A stretch of DNA of 63,337 nt, the filler included, from Bigelowiella natans CCMP2755 (taxonomy: Eukaryota; Protista; Cercozoa): the NCBI GenBank assembly GCA_000320545.1. It is 5 parts of 5 records of this genome, joined end to end, with 100 filler letters (N's around TTAATTAATTAA, not from the genome) between each part and the next. Parts side by side here need not be neighbours in the genome. Positions count along the whole stretch, not along the records: positions 1 to 20,244 come from ADNK01000876.1; 4 more parts are not named here. The stretch is one strand, 5' to 3'. Shown here in pieces: positions 1-12,843 of this stretch; position 1 is the first letter of the stretch; each line of letters begins with the position of its first letter. Under the pieces are notes generated by a model. That model saw only the letters and a list, made by a program, of their open reading frames with translations. It was not told the DNA's origin and searched no databases. The position numbers and the translations under genes were made by a program.

Positions 1-283
1 GTAAAAATTAATATGTTTTGTTTCAACGGCTGTGACTAGTTTACTCGTTTTTGTTTTGAGAAACAAGAAGTGTACACAGCAGCCTTAAGAAGGCCCATAC
101 ATTTAAATAGGCTAGTCCAGGGGCCCTCGATCTCTTAGTCAGAGGCTCCCACGTGCGAATTCCATATTAGCGAAGTCACTTTCGGATCAAACGGCCCCAG
201 AGTAAGCAAAGTATCCCCTTAATGTATGAGAATATGTGTACAGTAGTGGTATGCGGGGGGGAAGGGGGGGAGGGAGAAACATG

Positions 284-456
284 TCACGTAGAGCAAAGAA
301 TATTACTCCTGCAAAGTTGAAAGTTCTTCTCCTTGGCGTGTGAGAGCTGGTCGAATACCCTGTGTTGATGATATCGTTCACAAGAAGTCAAAGCCCAAGA
401 CTTTCTGTAGCTAGTTTTGTGAGGGGAAAGCAATGATGACATGGTCATCTGAAGAG

Positions 457-489
<33 letters not shown>

Positions 490-1947
490 TAATCCTCATC
501 ACCTTTAATTCAGCTTCAAGTGTCCTCGCAGTAACTTTGGCAGCTGCAAGCGCATCAGAGAGGCCATACGTGTCGCGCTCCAATCGGTTCTACCCAATCC
601 ATACATCACACACAATAGGTACATTGAAGGGGGGGGGGGGGGACAGAATATGAACGCAATGGAACATATGAAATTTATCTCTACTTCTTCTATACAGCAT
701 ATGGCCACCTCTCTTTTCATTCTGAACCGCCTCTCCCAATGATGAAAGCACACTCTAATGGCAGTAGTCTTGCCCCTCAGTCGCATCCTAGCTACGATCC
801 TTTTCTCCAAAGCCTTCACAGCCGTAACGAATCGCCACCTCCTCATGCCGCGTCGTGCCCGAGAACCCGCTGCTCTTGCTAGCTGCAAGATAGCAGTTTC
901 GGTGCAGCGCCGACGGGCAGACGTGTTTTTGGCAAAAATCAGCCAGGATTTAAGTGCCCTGCTCCCTCGAAGACAGAGAAGTTTCTTCGTAACACGCGCG
1001 TGGGAGATGGCCTTCCGAGCCTCCAAAACCCACCATGAGAATATGGATGACTGAAGGCGTGCTCTGCAGTGCCCCCGGGCCTGCCGATGCAGAAAACAGT
1101 GGTAGCAGAACAAAACAGAAGATTCGGGAAGAAAAATCTTAGCTGGTACACGAGAGAAACTTAGTTAATAGCGGCTCGATGTGTCAAATGCATGTTTTCC
1201 GGGAGACGGTGGGAATCGTATCCGGGAGCGCGCTGCTTTGTGTCCTACGACTCTCCTCCTCCTCCTCCTCCTACTACTACTAGTACTGGTGGTACCAGTA
1301 CTGCTAGTATGAGGGGAGAACATCTAATGTAGCTCGCATCGATAACCCCTTCTTTTAGATTCAAGATGGGAAATAGTCTTGCAGCCATCAACAACTACTA
1401 CCTGTGCGTACAGAAGTTTGAGGTGCTCCTTGTATTGCCTCGCTTTTCGCCATCTAGCAAACGCTCCTTTCACGATCCTGCTCTTGTCCCTCTGCCTTGC
1501 CGTTCGTAGAAGCTCCCCCGCCTCCTTAAATCTTAAATGCAGCAGGAAAAATCACGTAGAACAACACTATAAGAAAATTTCGCGAGGAGCGGAAACACGG
1601 CACAAATAACCTTTGTGCAGAAAAGATAATTGATTGAGCTACTACTACTACTACTACTACTACTACATCTACTACCCTTTGCCTCCTTCTTCTCCTCCTC
1701 CTCCTCCTCTACCCCTCCTCCCTCTTCCATCTCTTGCTAATACTACTAGTGCTACTACCTTCCATACGCAAGCAACCAAGCCTGAAACGCTTTTTTTTCA
1801 ACAATCTGCTGCTCGATCTGTCGGCTTTTCAGACGCGATGTCTTTCCCTTGGCGGTGTTGCGCCGAAATTGCGACATCATCCTCCTAGCAGCTTGTCGGT
1901 AACTTCAAAAGGCGACGAAAGGGTACAGCGCAGAGACAGAGAATAAC

Positions 1948-1991
<44 letters not shown>

Positions 1992-2034
1992 GGGGGGGGT
2001 GGAGTTGAACAGCGGAGGGAATTGAGTTTTAAAT

Positions 2035-2083
<49 letters not shown>

Positions 2084-3698
2084 GAGGGAGAGAGAGAGAG
2101 AATCATGTTGGTGTACCGAAAACGGTTTGCAGCTCTTGAGCGATTCTTCGCCGTGAGCACGACGTTCTTTATAACTCCACGCCACTCCATGAGAGACCTT
2201 TTTGTGGCTAGCCTTTGATGAGTAGACACTGCTTTTCCGAGCATAATGCTTGCATTTCTGTCCTTTTCGGCAAGTTTTCGAGTCAAGGCGGATTTCCAGG
2301 CAGAAAACGCAAATGCTCTGAATCGCCGGTGCGCTGATGATAACAATGGCACATTATAAATATTTTGTGGTGTTGCATCAAATGGTGATGATATCCAAAC
2401 ATGCGTTGATTTTGTCCACACAATTGTTGAATTAAGGGTCAGTAGTCGTCTTCTCACCTTGGCGATTTGCATTTGAAAAACGTACTTTGGCGTATATCTG
2501 AACAGTACGAATTATTGGGAGAAACGATATTACCGGTGATGTAAGAATCGGAATAAGATAACACATATATAAATAAGCGCAACAACCACCAGACCTTCTC
2601 TGTGGTCTTCTTGCGCCAGTATCTGACAGCCAGTCTCTGTCTCGAAACAGTATTTCTCCCTACCACATACTTCTCCCTTCGAACGATCTGGAGCTGCTCT
2701 TTCCAAAGGCGCCAGGCATATCTAGTTCTGGAATAGTAATCAGTAATCTCCCGAGCTGCGATTACACGACCCCAGCCCTTTATCACCTGTAGTAGCGGTA
2801 TTAGTAGTTGTGGTGGTGGCATTATTTACTCTCCATAAGTTTTTGTCTTTTCTTCTTCTCAGTTTTAGATGATTAGACCTTTTCCTTTATAACTGCGTAG
2901 CGGTGCGAGATCGCCAATAGATGTTTGCGACGAGACTCCTCCGACGCACCTTTAGATAGAATATGCAAATAGCCATAAATGTATGCAGACCTCCCCTCCC
3001 CCCCCCCCTCCCCTCTCGTCTCTCGTTCTCTGTGTTTTGATCGACTCACGCTCAATAGAGCTAGTCAATATAGTTTTGGAGTAGTAAGTTTCTGATCGAA
3101 CCGTCCATCCAACTGACGTAGTCCCTCTGACGTGCATCGTGAAGCTCTAGTCTCAGCCGGGTTCGAAGTGACGCGGCTTCGCCCTCTAGCTCCACAACGC
3201 GTCGAGCCGTGACTACAAACACGAGTGAGTGGTAGCAAATAAGTCCTAGAGTTTCAGTCCGTAGCTTCCTCCTCCAAGCATCATCCAAACATACACCATC
3301 GGCTACAATCTTCATTACCCTTTGCAGCCGCATCACCGCCCTCGACAGATTGAATGGACTGCTCTAAAGCCCGCTTTAGGCTCAACACCTGTTCGTGTAC
3401 CAGACGCATGCAATCACGCAACTTGGTTGTGTCGCACGGGGGACAATTCGTCGTTGTATCTGCCACGAATAATTCGGAATGCCCATCCATTTTTCAAGGT
3501 TCCATGCAATCTTCCGTTCTAACTTAATTGTGGTGATCGCATGTCTACCGTTTCGCGCAAGGTGTGCTTCTCCAGTTCCACCGCATGCACCCGAGCTGTG
3601 GCAGCACCGGCCTTACCCTTAAGTTGGTCTATTTGCTGCAAGAAGTACCTGCAGCAGAGAAATAGTGAGGCTTGTTATAATCACCCACCGCAAAGGGG

Positions 3699-3734
<36 letters not shown>

Positions 3735-5840
3735 CGTAGTAGTAGTCGTAGTAGTAGTTGTAATAGTAGTTGTAAATGGAATGTGCATAGCAGTAGCAAC
3801 AGCAGCAGTGTGTTCACTACTCTCTGGCCCCAAAGTCTGTGACCCTTGCCAGCAATTGTGCCTCCATAGACTTGGACTCCTGAAGGATAACAGCAAAAAC
3901 GTTTGTTTTCCTGAGTCGCGAACCCAGCCTCATCCCCCTCATCATTTGTCAATCTTGTGAAAGCAACCTCGGTTCTATCTCTCAAAGCATTTTCAGCCGC
4001 TTCCCGATACGTCTCATGCTCCTTGATCTACAGGGACGGGAATACATCTTAGTGTTTCCGTGGGTTGGTTGGGAAAAGTGAATTGAGACATAGTAGTAGA
4101 AGGAACATCAGATTTGTGGTGACATGCGTGGCAAGCTGCAGCTTCGCTGGGAGATTGTCACATTACCGCTGTGCGCGTTTCGGACTCCGCCCTTTCTTTT
4201 GCGGCTTGAGCTTGTTGTAACTCTGAACTCATCGAACGCAACTCGGCCTGCAAGAGAACGAAGAATCGATAATAATGATTGTAAGGATCGATGATCAGAG
4301 AAGCCATTTTGGAACTCAAACAGCGAGCTTACTGCTTGACGCTCTCACAGGAAGGCATTTTTGTCTTCTACCTCAGCCTGTTGCACATTTTCTAGGTTCT
4401 GCTTCTGAAACAACGCCAGCCTTTCTCTCAATTTAACGTTGAGCTCCGACATCTTTTGCATTTTATCTTGCATTTCCTTGTGAGCAACCAAAAAAAAGAG
4501 AGTAATGATGCAGTTAGAACAGCCTCCTGGCAATTGGATCAGATGAATAATCTGAATAATAATCGTGGGAGTGGATAGTACCTGCATTTGCTGCCCAATG
4601 TGGAGATTCTCAACTACGACTTGGTCCGGAGGAGTCTGTAATATTTGGAGTATCACCTCTCTCATATATTCTCGAAATGTAAAAAGTGCTCTTCGGGGCT
4701 ACTTATTCTCGCAACTTAATCAGCAAATGATGGATAGCACTCCATGTATGAAAGGTGATTTAAAAAAATCGTTCTATCTCGGAAGAATAACATGTGAGGC
4801 TATGGAAAGTTCTTTACTTGCGTCCACACATCGCAAAGTGCAAAACCCGAAGCTGAAGCTGAAATTGGCATTAATCCTGCATGGTCAAAACCAGGATGAG
4901 CCGGGTCGCATGAGGAGGGACAATGATGTTTTCGGAAGGAAAGAATTTTTGAAGGTAGGTATACTACATGTTCGACCCCCATATGTATACTCTCCCTTCG
5001 CTCACTTACCTCTGTAGTCTTGGCTTCTCGAATCAGGGACCCATCCACCGTGAGTCAGGAGCTTGTTATCGTCTTCTTCTTCTTCATCAAAGGACTGTAG
5101 CTTTGGTGGTCCCCTGGAGTTTGTCGGAGGGCCAATTCCCATTTGTCGCAGCTTTGTTTGAGTCGAAACACGGAACTTACTGAAGCTTATGATGGGAGGG
5201 CACACAATTAATAACAAAATTAGACTACTCGATGATGACGCGTATGAATTTTCTGTACAACAGTAGTGGGTGCGGAGAGGACATACTCGAGTCCTCTTTT
5301 GCTGGAAAACGCCTTCGATTCCCCGCCATCCGGGCCATGATCATCATCATGATCCATAATGTTCGACAGCCTGTTGCCGGTTCCTGTTATGGACTTTTCA
5401 GAGTGAGGTATGCCATCAACCTGCAAGATACCCTCCGTGTCCGCGTGAGCTTTGCGCCGCCTGCAGCAGCAGCAGCAGCAGCAGTATGAGTTGTGATGAT
5501 TGTAAGCACTTCGTGATGAGTAGCAGCTCGGCAATTTGATATGTATGTGTATGAATAAAACATGATCATTCATGTGTATTTTGATTCCAAACCTTCTTGC
5601 AAGTGACAACTTCTTTCTTTCCTCCTCCAACTAAAGGGGAGAATAGGGTAAGGGAGAAGGGGGGTGGTGGGGGGGGGGGGGGGGGGGGGGGGTGAGGCGA
5701 CCAGGATAGATTACGGATTACGGCTGGTTATTAGATTTCGCCAATTTCGTCAGAAAGCGATCATAAAAGGTAGTAGGGCTTCAAAGACAACCTGTGTAAC
5801 GAGCATTCCGATGTGCTTCTGCTGCGCAGCCAGGGCGTCC
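284..5840 (-). CDS. Multi-exon coiled-coil protein with Trp-containing Sfi1-like repeats; probably the 3' part of the LRR gene at 6050-8240
   Basis: Short GT-AG-bounded exons encode coiled coil (EMQDKMQKMSELNVKLRERLALFQKQ, VVELEGEAASLRTRLRLEL). These are followed by repeated basic helices ending in W (RYAWRLWKEQL, LAVRYWRKK, AFAFSAWKSAL, RSLMEWRGVI, ALKSWLIFAK, GMRRWRFVT, VCFHHWERRF). Boundaries are approximate. Confidence 0.55.
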
Positions 5841-6049
5841 CTTTTGCAAATTACAGTGATTTAACTAACAACATGCATATTGCTTTCGAAGTGTTAAATC
5901 ATACTACCCCATCGCAGAAGACCACGTTTCTATGAGAATTGACAAAGGAGCCTGAAGCAGGATAATCCAATTATGAGGCACATGTAGGATGATATATCTA
6001 CAAATCAGGTCGTAGTTCTTGGGGGATGTTAAGTAAAGCAAACATACAA

Positions 6050-7932
6050 CTTACTTGCAACGGATCAACATGGCGATTCTTTGAGAGCCACCTTTGATTA
6101 TATGAAAGTGACATCTTGTAAGGCTATACTTATGCCTGGCAGGGGCAAACAGAAACATTTTATTGGATAATTTGCACCGTTTGTGGACTCTCTTCAGTAT
6201 GTGTCGCTTGGCGATTCTTCTGGCCTCTTCGTCCTCCTCCTAGCATCGAACATAAATTCCAATGGTGCGTGTTTGAGAGTAGTATTCCATAACATCAGAT
6301 GCAGCAAAATGAATACCGGAGGGCTTTTGGCGGAATTTAGAAGCTGTTTCACATTAAATTCCCTTGGGGCTATTGGCATGTCCGGTAAGTTTCTTCGATT
6401 AAAAACTCCTAACGAATTTCGCTGTTCAGAGGCGGGCAGCTATATCGGCCAAGAAAAGGATATAATCACGACCTGCTCGCCCATATGCAGCTTTGTGAAG
6501 TTCGAAATGGAGAGCCATCTTCTTCGTTGAGTGCCTAGAGAAGAATATACAATTATTCGGTGTTTTTGAGTTTCGGCGTTCTAGAGAGCACTTCCATGCT
6601 ACCTTAACTTTCTCATCGCTAAATCGTTCTCGAACATCAACGATAACATGGTTTCCTGCCTCCTGTGTTACGCATATTAGCACCGTATTAACATCGATTT
6701 CATAGCCTTTGCAGGTAATAAATGACATACTTGACTGCCTCAACAGCGCGGGCTCGGTCGTTTCTGGCAACTGAACGTCCATCCAGCATGCGCAAATGCT
6801 AACGGAGAAACACAAAATGGGCCCGACCGCTCAAGTTATTTTGTTGACAAAAAGGCTCTCCGATAGTCTTATTTTGTTCGTTCCGATCTTGTGTAATCAC
6901 AATAGGAGTATAATTCATGATTTAGTGTAAGTAGTCTTATCAACACCGGTATCGCAGCCAGGAGCTGGATTTTGTAATTAGGAAGTTCAGCGATGGGGTT
7001 GCCATCGAGGTACAATGACTCCAGGTTGCTGTGGCTTCCTACTTCACGAACATGCTGTGGAATAGTTAAACAGTCAGCTGAAACACCACATGGCTGCAAT
7101 ATCGTTTCGCAGTAGAATTCTATGATTATTTGACCTCCACATCTTCAATTAGATTGTTTGCCAAAGACGCAACTCGAAGATTCGGAAACTGAAGAGTGGG
7201 AAGTTCGTGAGTTAATTGTTCCCCTTTTTATTGAGATAGAAGTACCTGAAGCAGTCCTTTAAGTCTCGTGAGGAAATTGTTTCCAAGGTATAGTGCTCGG
7301 ACCTATAAGTTGTTTGTCACATTATGTCTTCCGAGAATGAGCTTTCTACATGTGATGACCTCGTCTCGTAGTCTTCTAGGTAGCTGATCGATAGATCCAA
7401 TATCCTAAGCATAAATATACTCTTAGGTTACATAATTCGTGCCAGAGTGTGTGAAAACAACAAGATCGAACCTGTCCTACTGCTACTAGTTTCACAGGCT
7501 CGACTTCGTTCTTATACTTCTTTAAGATCACCTGAAAGACGGTTATGAAAATATATTTCACGTATCGATTTCGACACTGGGGTTGAAATAATAAACCTGG
7601 GATAACTTCTTCAATTTATGTCCCTCTAAGGCTTTCCGCGGATCATCCCGAGAGACGGGAAGAGCAGTTCCCCATTCTAGCGCATGCTCCTCATCCCTTG
7701 TATTTTTCTTCGACTCTTTGAAGAAGGCATGAGTCTGGATGCGCTCCTTTAGTGTTCTTGTTTTTTTCTTCTTCTTCTCAATGGTTGCAGGCGGTGACGT
7801 CTGAGGGTCTGATTCATTGGAATCACATGTTACCATGCATTCTTATACATGGGTCAGCGTGTAGGTCTGTGTATGTATAAGAATGCATGGTGTGTATGTA
7901 ATTTATGTGCATGCGTGCGTGCGTGTGTGTGT

Positions 7933-7964
<32 letters not shown>

Positions 7965-8240
7965 TGTACACAAATACAATTTCTTCCTTTCTTTTTGATT
8001 CCAATATCTTTGCTTCTGGGCCTTGATCTTGTTCTTAGCCCCACCTTTGCCAACGTACCTCTTTTCCCTTTCCTGCTTAATGGTTGAGGTGCAGGTCTAG
8101 CACGAGGAGCAGGTTCTAAACAACAAATATCTCTTAAAATGTCAAATGTATTAATCTAATAATGTGTGAAACCTTTCAAACTTTTAGTAGCATTCTGGTT
8201 CTTTTGACGATTCCTTAAGCTAGCGATTTCAGCATAGCCC
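6050..8240 (-). CDS. Leucine-rich repeat (SDS22-like LRR plus LRRcap) region, multi-exon
   Basis: Spliced exons read VRALYLGNNFLTRLKGLLQ / FPNLRVASLANNLIEDVE / HSNLESLYLDGNPIAELPNYKIQLLAAIP. This is the LxxLxLxxNxI repeat plus an LRRcap motif. The start codon was not resolved. Confidence 0.7.
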
Positions 8241-9021
8241 TACATAGGGAAATAACATATTAGTTAAACGCTTCGATGTTGCAGGGGCCACGAAAACGCC
8301 TGAGAATTATGTATGTTCCCCACGCTTTGAACTTATTCTATGGATTTAATCTGATGTTTTTACAACCAGTCCTGACATCGCCGGAAATCCTAAACCCTGT
8401 CTGCTGCGATCAGTGCATCTCCGCCTTTTATAATTGAGCAATCGAGCGTGAGCTGATGTTTTTCGTAGATATTTGTATGAGACGATTTTTCCCTCGTTAC
8501 CAGGTGGTGGAGGGTTGCTCTCGTTAAGTCCTTAAAGATATACACTATTTGGTACTCGTTGGCACAGGTCCAACCCCATTTACAGTCTCGGATTCAGAAG
8601 GATGGGGCTTTATTCCTGCGACACTCAAAAAGTATGAGTTTAGGTTTCACTCAGTCCAAATGCGGGTGGGAGTTTGGATACGCCAGAACACTTAAAGGCA
8701 GGACGTTTCCATCAATAATCATATGTTCGGAAGTCCATTGGGTAAAATTTTCCGAAAAGAGACTTTGGGAAGCAAATGCTTTCCCGCAAATTCGTCCGCA
8801 GTCAAAATGCCCAATCGTGCGACACTCCGACAATGCCAATGGGAAGCCCAAGAACAATGTACGTAACACTAAAAGCATGAAAATTTTATCGATCGTCACG
8901 CATTTGTGTTGTCGTATTTATAATGTGAACGGCGTTTTCGTATGGATGATCGTGGGCACCAAACCCCAAAGCCCCTCAATGTAGGCGCCTCCCGCCTCTT
9001 CCGCGTGATTTGATTTTTCGA

Positions 9022-10580
9022 ATGGGAGGGTAGAAGAAGGAATCGTGGGTCATTTGCTTAGAAATTTCATCGTTATACGTACTTACAAAGGTCCTCGAAT
9101 CAATCGTTACTGGAGAGGCTTGACAATAAGCAGTTCCAGAAGGAACTTGAAGCTTTCAAAAAGCAGAAGGTTGAACGAGTTGCAACGAAGACTGAGGTAT
9201 TTTTTTTTATTTTCTCTCCCTGTATCCCACTATTACGTTAGTAATGCTTGTCTTTACGAAAAGATCCGTAAAAGCTATGAAGTGAAGCAGAAATCATTCG
9301 TAAACCAATATGCGGGTCTTTATTTCGATCGCTTGATGGCGTTGAGAAAGGATCTGGCACAGGTTGCGAAAGAGAAGTGGCCAGACGTGCCTCAGGTAAA
9401 AAAATTAATTTCGATTCCAGAAGGAAGGTGTGTCCTGCTCGGAACTGTTTTTAAGGAAAGCAAATTAAGGCCCAGTGTTCTTGAAGAGTATACGAAATCC
9501 AGGAGTGAGAGAAAGAATGAGGAGATTTCAAAGTACGTGTCTGAAGATGACTCGTTAGTGATAGAGGACAATCACGCCAGAATACCCCTTGACTTTACGG
9601 GCGTGACATCTGAAGGAAAGCTCCCAAGTGTAGCGTCTCTCCCCACAGGGATTGTTTTAGCTGTATTGGGGAAAAATAACACAAGGAATGGCGAGTTCGT
9701 AGCTGAGGACATTGTATTCCCAGGGCTTCCTCCTGTAAGGGAAAACAGAAAGATTCCAGAAGATGAACAGTATGTGGTACTCACGTCTGGGCTCCGCATT
9801 GGTGCCGTGACCAAGCAAATGGATTTGCAACTCATGATTGATTACATAATTGGTCTTGCTGGATCTAGCATAGACCAAAATAAGGCTGCAAAGATTGCTC
9901 AAGTAATTGTTGCTGGCAACTCTGTCGTTATAGAGGAAGAGGAAGATGCTGAATATGCTCACTTCAAGAAGCAGACCAAGGACGAAAATGACAAGCGTGT
10001 CAACGAAGGCATTAAAAATGCTATGCAAGATATGGACCTGACGTTTACATCCCTGGCTTCGTCAGTAAATCTTATTGTCATGCCGGGCGAAGACGATCCA
10101 ACCAATATCACACTTCCACAGAACAAGTTGCCGAAGTTCTTTTTCCGCTCAGCAGCAGCTTATTCAACATTCAATTGTGCAACGAATCCTTGTGGCATTG
10201 AGGTGAATGGTAGGGTTCTTCTTGGAACTTCCGGTCAGAACATAGATAATCTAGCCAAATATACCAATGCAGATAAGGACATAGATTATCTTGAAAGAAC
10301 TCTGCAATGGAGGCACCTTGCCCCAACAGCCCCTGATACCCTAAGCTGCTATGCGTTCAAAGATGGAGACCCCTTTGTAATTACCGAATGCCCAGACATA
10401 TATTTTGCTGGAAATCAAGAGGCTTTCTCCACCAAGATTATTGAAGGTCGTGAGGGTAACAAAGTACGACTTGTTATGGTACCAGAATTTTCCAAAACCA
10501 GCAGTGTCGTTCTGGTGAACTTGAAAAATCTAGAATGCAAAGAAATAACATTTAAATCCACCCAACTCAAATCGAACTAA
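9022..10580 (+). CDS. POLD2: DNA polymerase delta small (B) subunit
   Basis: Motifs QYAGLYFDRL, LVIEDNHARI, VMPGEDDPTNITLPQ, GTSGQNIDN, WRHLAPTAPDTL and CPDIYFAGNQ. The ATG is at 9022, and introns 9030-9090 and 9197-9263 give an in-frame start MGGSSNQSLLERL. Confidence 0.95.
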
Positions 10581-11185
10581 GGCATAGTTGGATGGTTGAC
10601 AGCAAAGGAATTCGCGGACAAAAATGCTGTTACAACGGGATACAATAGTATGCAGATGACTTGCACACGACTCTAATAAAGATCATTGAGTTTCCACACT
10701 GCACATGTGCGATGCTTGTAACGTGTTGCATGCTCAAGCAGCAAGGGCCAGGCAAAGTCTGCGTGCGTCTAAACGTGGCAAAAATAGTAGCTCATTTTTG
10801 TAATTAAGTGTGTACAACCAAAATTGTCATTAGCACTGCATACAGCCTATCTTCATATTAAGCGTTGAGACGAGCATTAAGCAGTTGTAGAGTTTGCTTG
10901 CGCCGGAGCTTTTAAGCCACATCTCAAGCGTACGCATTATTCTCGAAGTCATAAACACATATTTGTTTTAACTACACGTACACACTCAATTGTGCGGATC
11001 TCGGCAACATATCGTGCGCTATGAAGCTATTTGAAAGGATAGAATAAACACATAACAACCAGCCAAGGCATATAATTATCCATGTGATGATATAATGTTC
11101 ATAGCATCGCGCTGCGGCGATTATTTCGTGAGCAGTATGGCTTACTGCTGGCTGAAACACACTTATGCCCGACTGCGTTTGCAGA

Positions 11186-12301
11186 TCATCGCATACTTTT
11201 AGAAGCTGGAAGTGCGTATTCTGGTTCAGCTTTGGCCGTCAGAGGTTTCATATGGGCCTTTCTCCTTTGTGGTATTAATGTTGGCCAGACTCCCTTCGTC
11301 CGTGGATTTGTTCGAACTTCATATGCAGTCTGACAATGGAAAGTAACTTTATGAAGAAGTGAGGAATGAAGTGCTTATGGGCCACAGAACGAATGAAAAA
11401 TATTCGTTAAAAATATGTTTAAAGAATAGTCTGTTCGGTACTTCTATGCATGTTTATCCATTGGCCGACGCACCTGGGTTTGCATACATGCAATTACACT
11501 GCATGTGAACAAATCGGCCATGAGCTGGAATATACGGAACCATCCTTCATCACAACATAGGCATGCCATTAAGCAGCCCAGGATTTGAAGAACGTTGCTG
11601 CAACAGATCAGGCAGACATCACACGAGTCTTGCCGCAATTGCCTTTCGAACATAGAAACAGATATCATTAAGTTTTAAGCATTTACATTCTCTCCATGTT
11701 TTAAGTTTCAAGCATTTACATTCTCTCCATGATGAAGATCCTGTTGGCCGAAGCAGCGAATCCCAAGCAGCAGCAGACTTCTAAGCACAAGCATGGAATT
11801 TTGGGACATTTGCTTTCACAGAAAATACCTAAGCAGCATCTATATTCTGTGGATCCAGCCAAGATCTCTTCCCTGTACATGCAATGATGTTTTCACAGAT
11901 TCTACGATATAAGCTGAATCTTGGTGCATCTACCTCTGCTGATAAGCAGCACATGGAGCACAGACGCACGCATAACAACAGTAAATAGGATCCGAACAGC
12001 ACGCACAAAGCATTGCTGGAAATATATTTAGTCTAAAACAAGAAATGGGAAGATGAAATGAAAGCCACTACATGTTCTCCATTTGTTCGGGTAATTTGCG
12101 AATTGCTGTAATGGGTGCGGCATGGCCGGATGAAGGACACTGAAATTCTTCTTCCTTGGATTCTGAAGAGTCCGTTTTAACACTCGTTGAGGTGATTGTG
12201 CAGCAAGCACACGAGCAGGGAGAGTGTGAGAGTTGGGTTTGGATACTGGCAAAAAAGGATCCTAATTTCAATGTACGTCTGAATGAGAGCTACGTTGCCA
12301 T
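11186..12301 (-). CDS. PLAC8-family cysteine-rich protein, multi-exon (not evident from the ORF track)
   Basis: Spliced exons: MLCACCSDPIYCCYACVCAPCAAYQQR / EEILAGSTEYRCCLGIFCESKCPKIPCLCLEVCCCLGFAASANRIFIMER / QLRQDSCDVCLICCSNVLQILGCL...MADLFTCSVIACMQTQ / TAYEVRTN...stop. The CACMQTQ-type ending matches the plant/algal PLAC8 subfamily. Confidence 0.8.
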
Positions 12302-12843
12302 TGTGTTCGGTGAATTGTGATGCACAAAACCAACAGAATGAAGTACTCTGTGTTGAGATTTTCTAGGATTTCCAGCATTTCTTAGATTTATAGGGAGATT
12401 TATTAAAGCGACAAGATACTGGACAACTCCGCAGAAAAATTGCAAGCATTTTCAGGGAAAATTATTCCGGAAGATTGGAATTACAAAGAAATTATCCGTA
12501 CAGCATGTGCTTTTAAGATTTAGGAAGTACTTCCGGGTGGATAAAAATTGCTTCAGTAATCGCATATTGAAGTATGCAGTGGCTGTATCTATACCCATTT
12601 ATTGCTTCACATGTCAGAAATGTTATTTCAGTCTCGAGTCACATCAATCTTACGCACTATCAGTCTACGGCGCAGTGTTCAAAGCCACTTTTGCGATTCT
12701 ATTGATCATGGAAAAGGCCGTCAAGCGACTGCGATTGGAAGGAAAGCTTGTCGCAAAATAGAATTGCCTGTGTCTTCCGTCGGCCTTTTTAACAACACGT
12801 ACTTCCTTACACAACTCAAAAAGGTCACACCCCGTGAAGTACA

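Noticed and set aside
8559-8984. 141-aa ORF upstream of POLD2
   Set aside because: It has a non-ATG start, no motif, and lies in a divergent promoter spacer.
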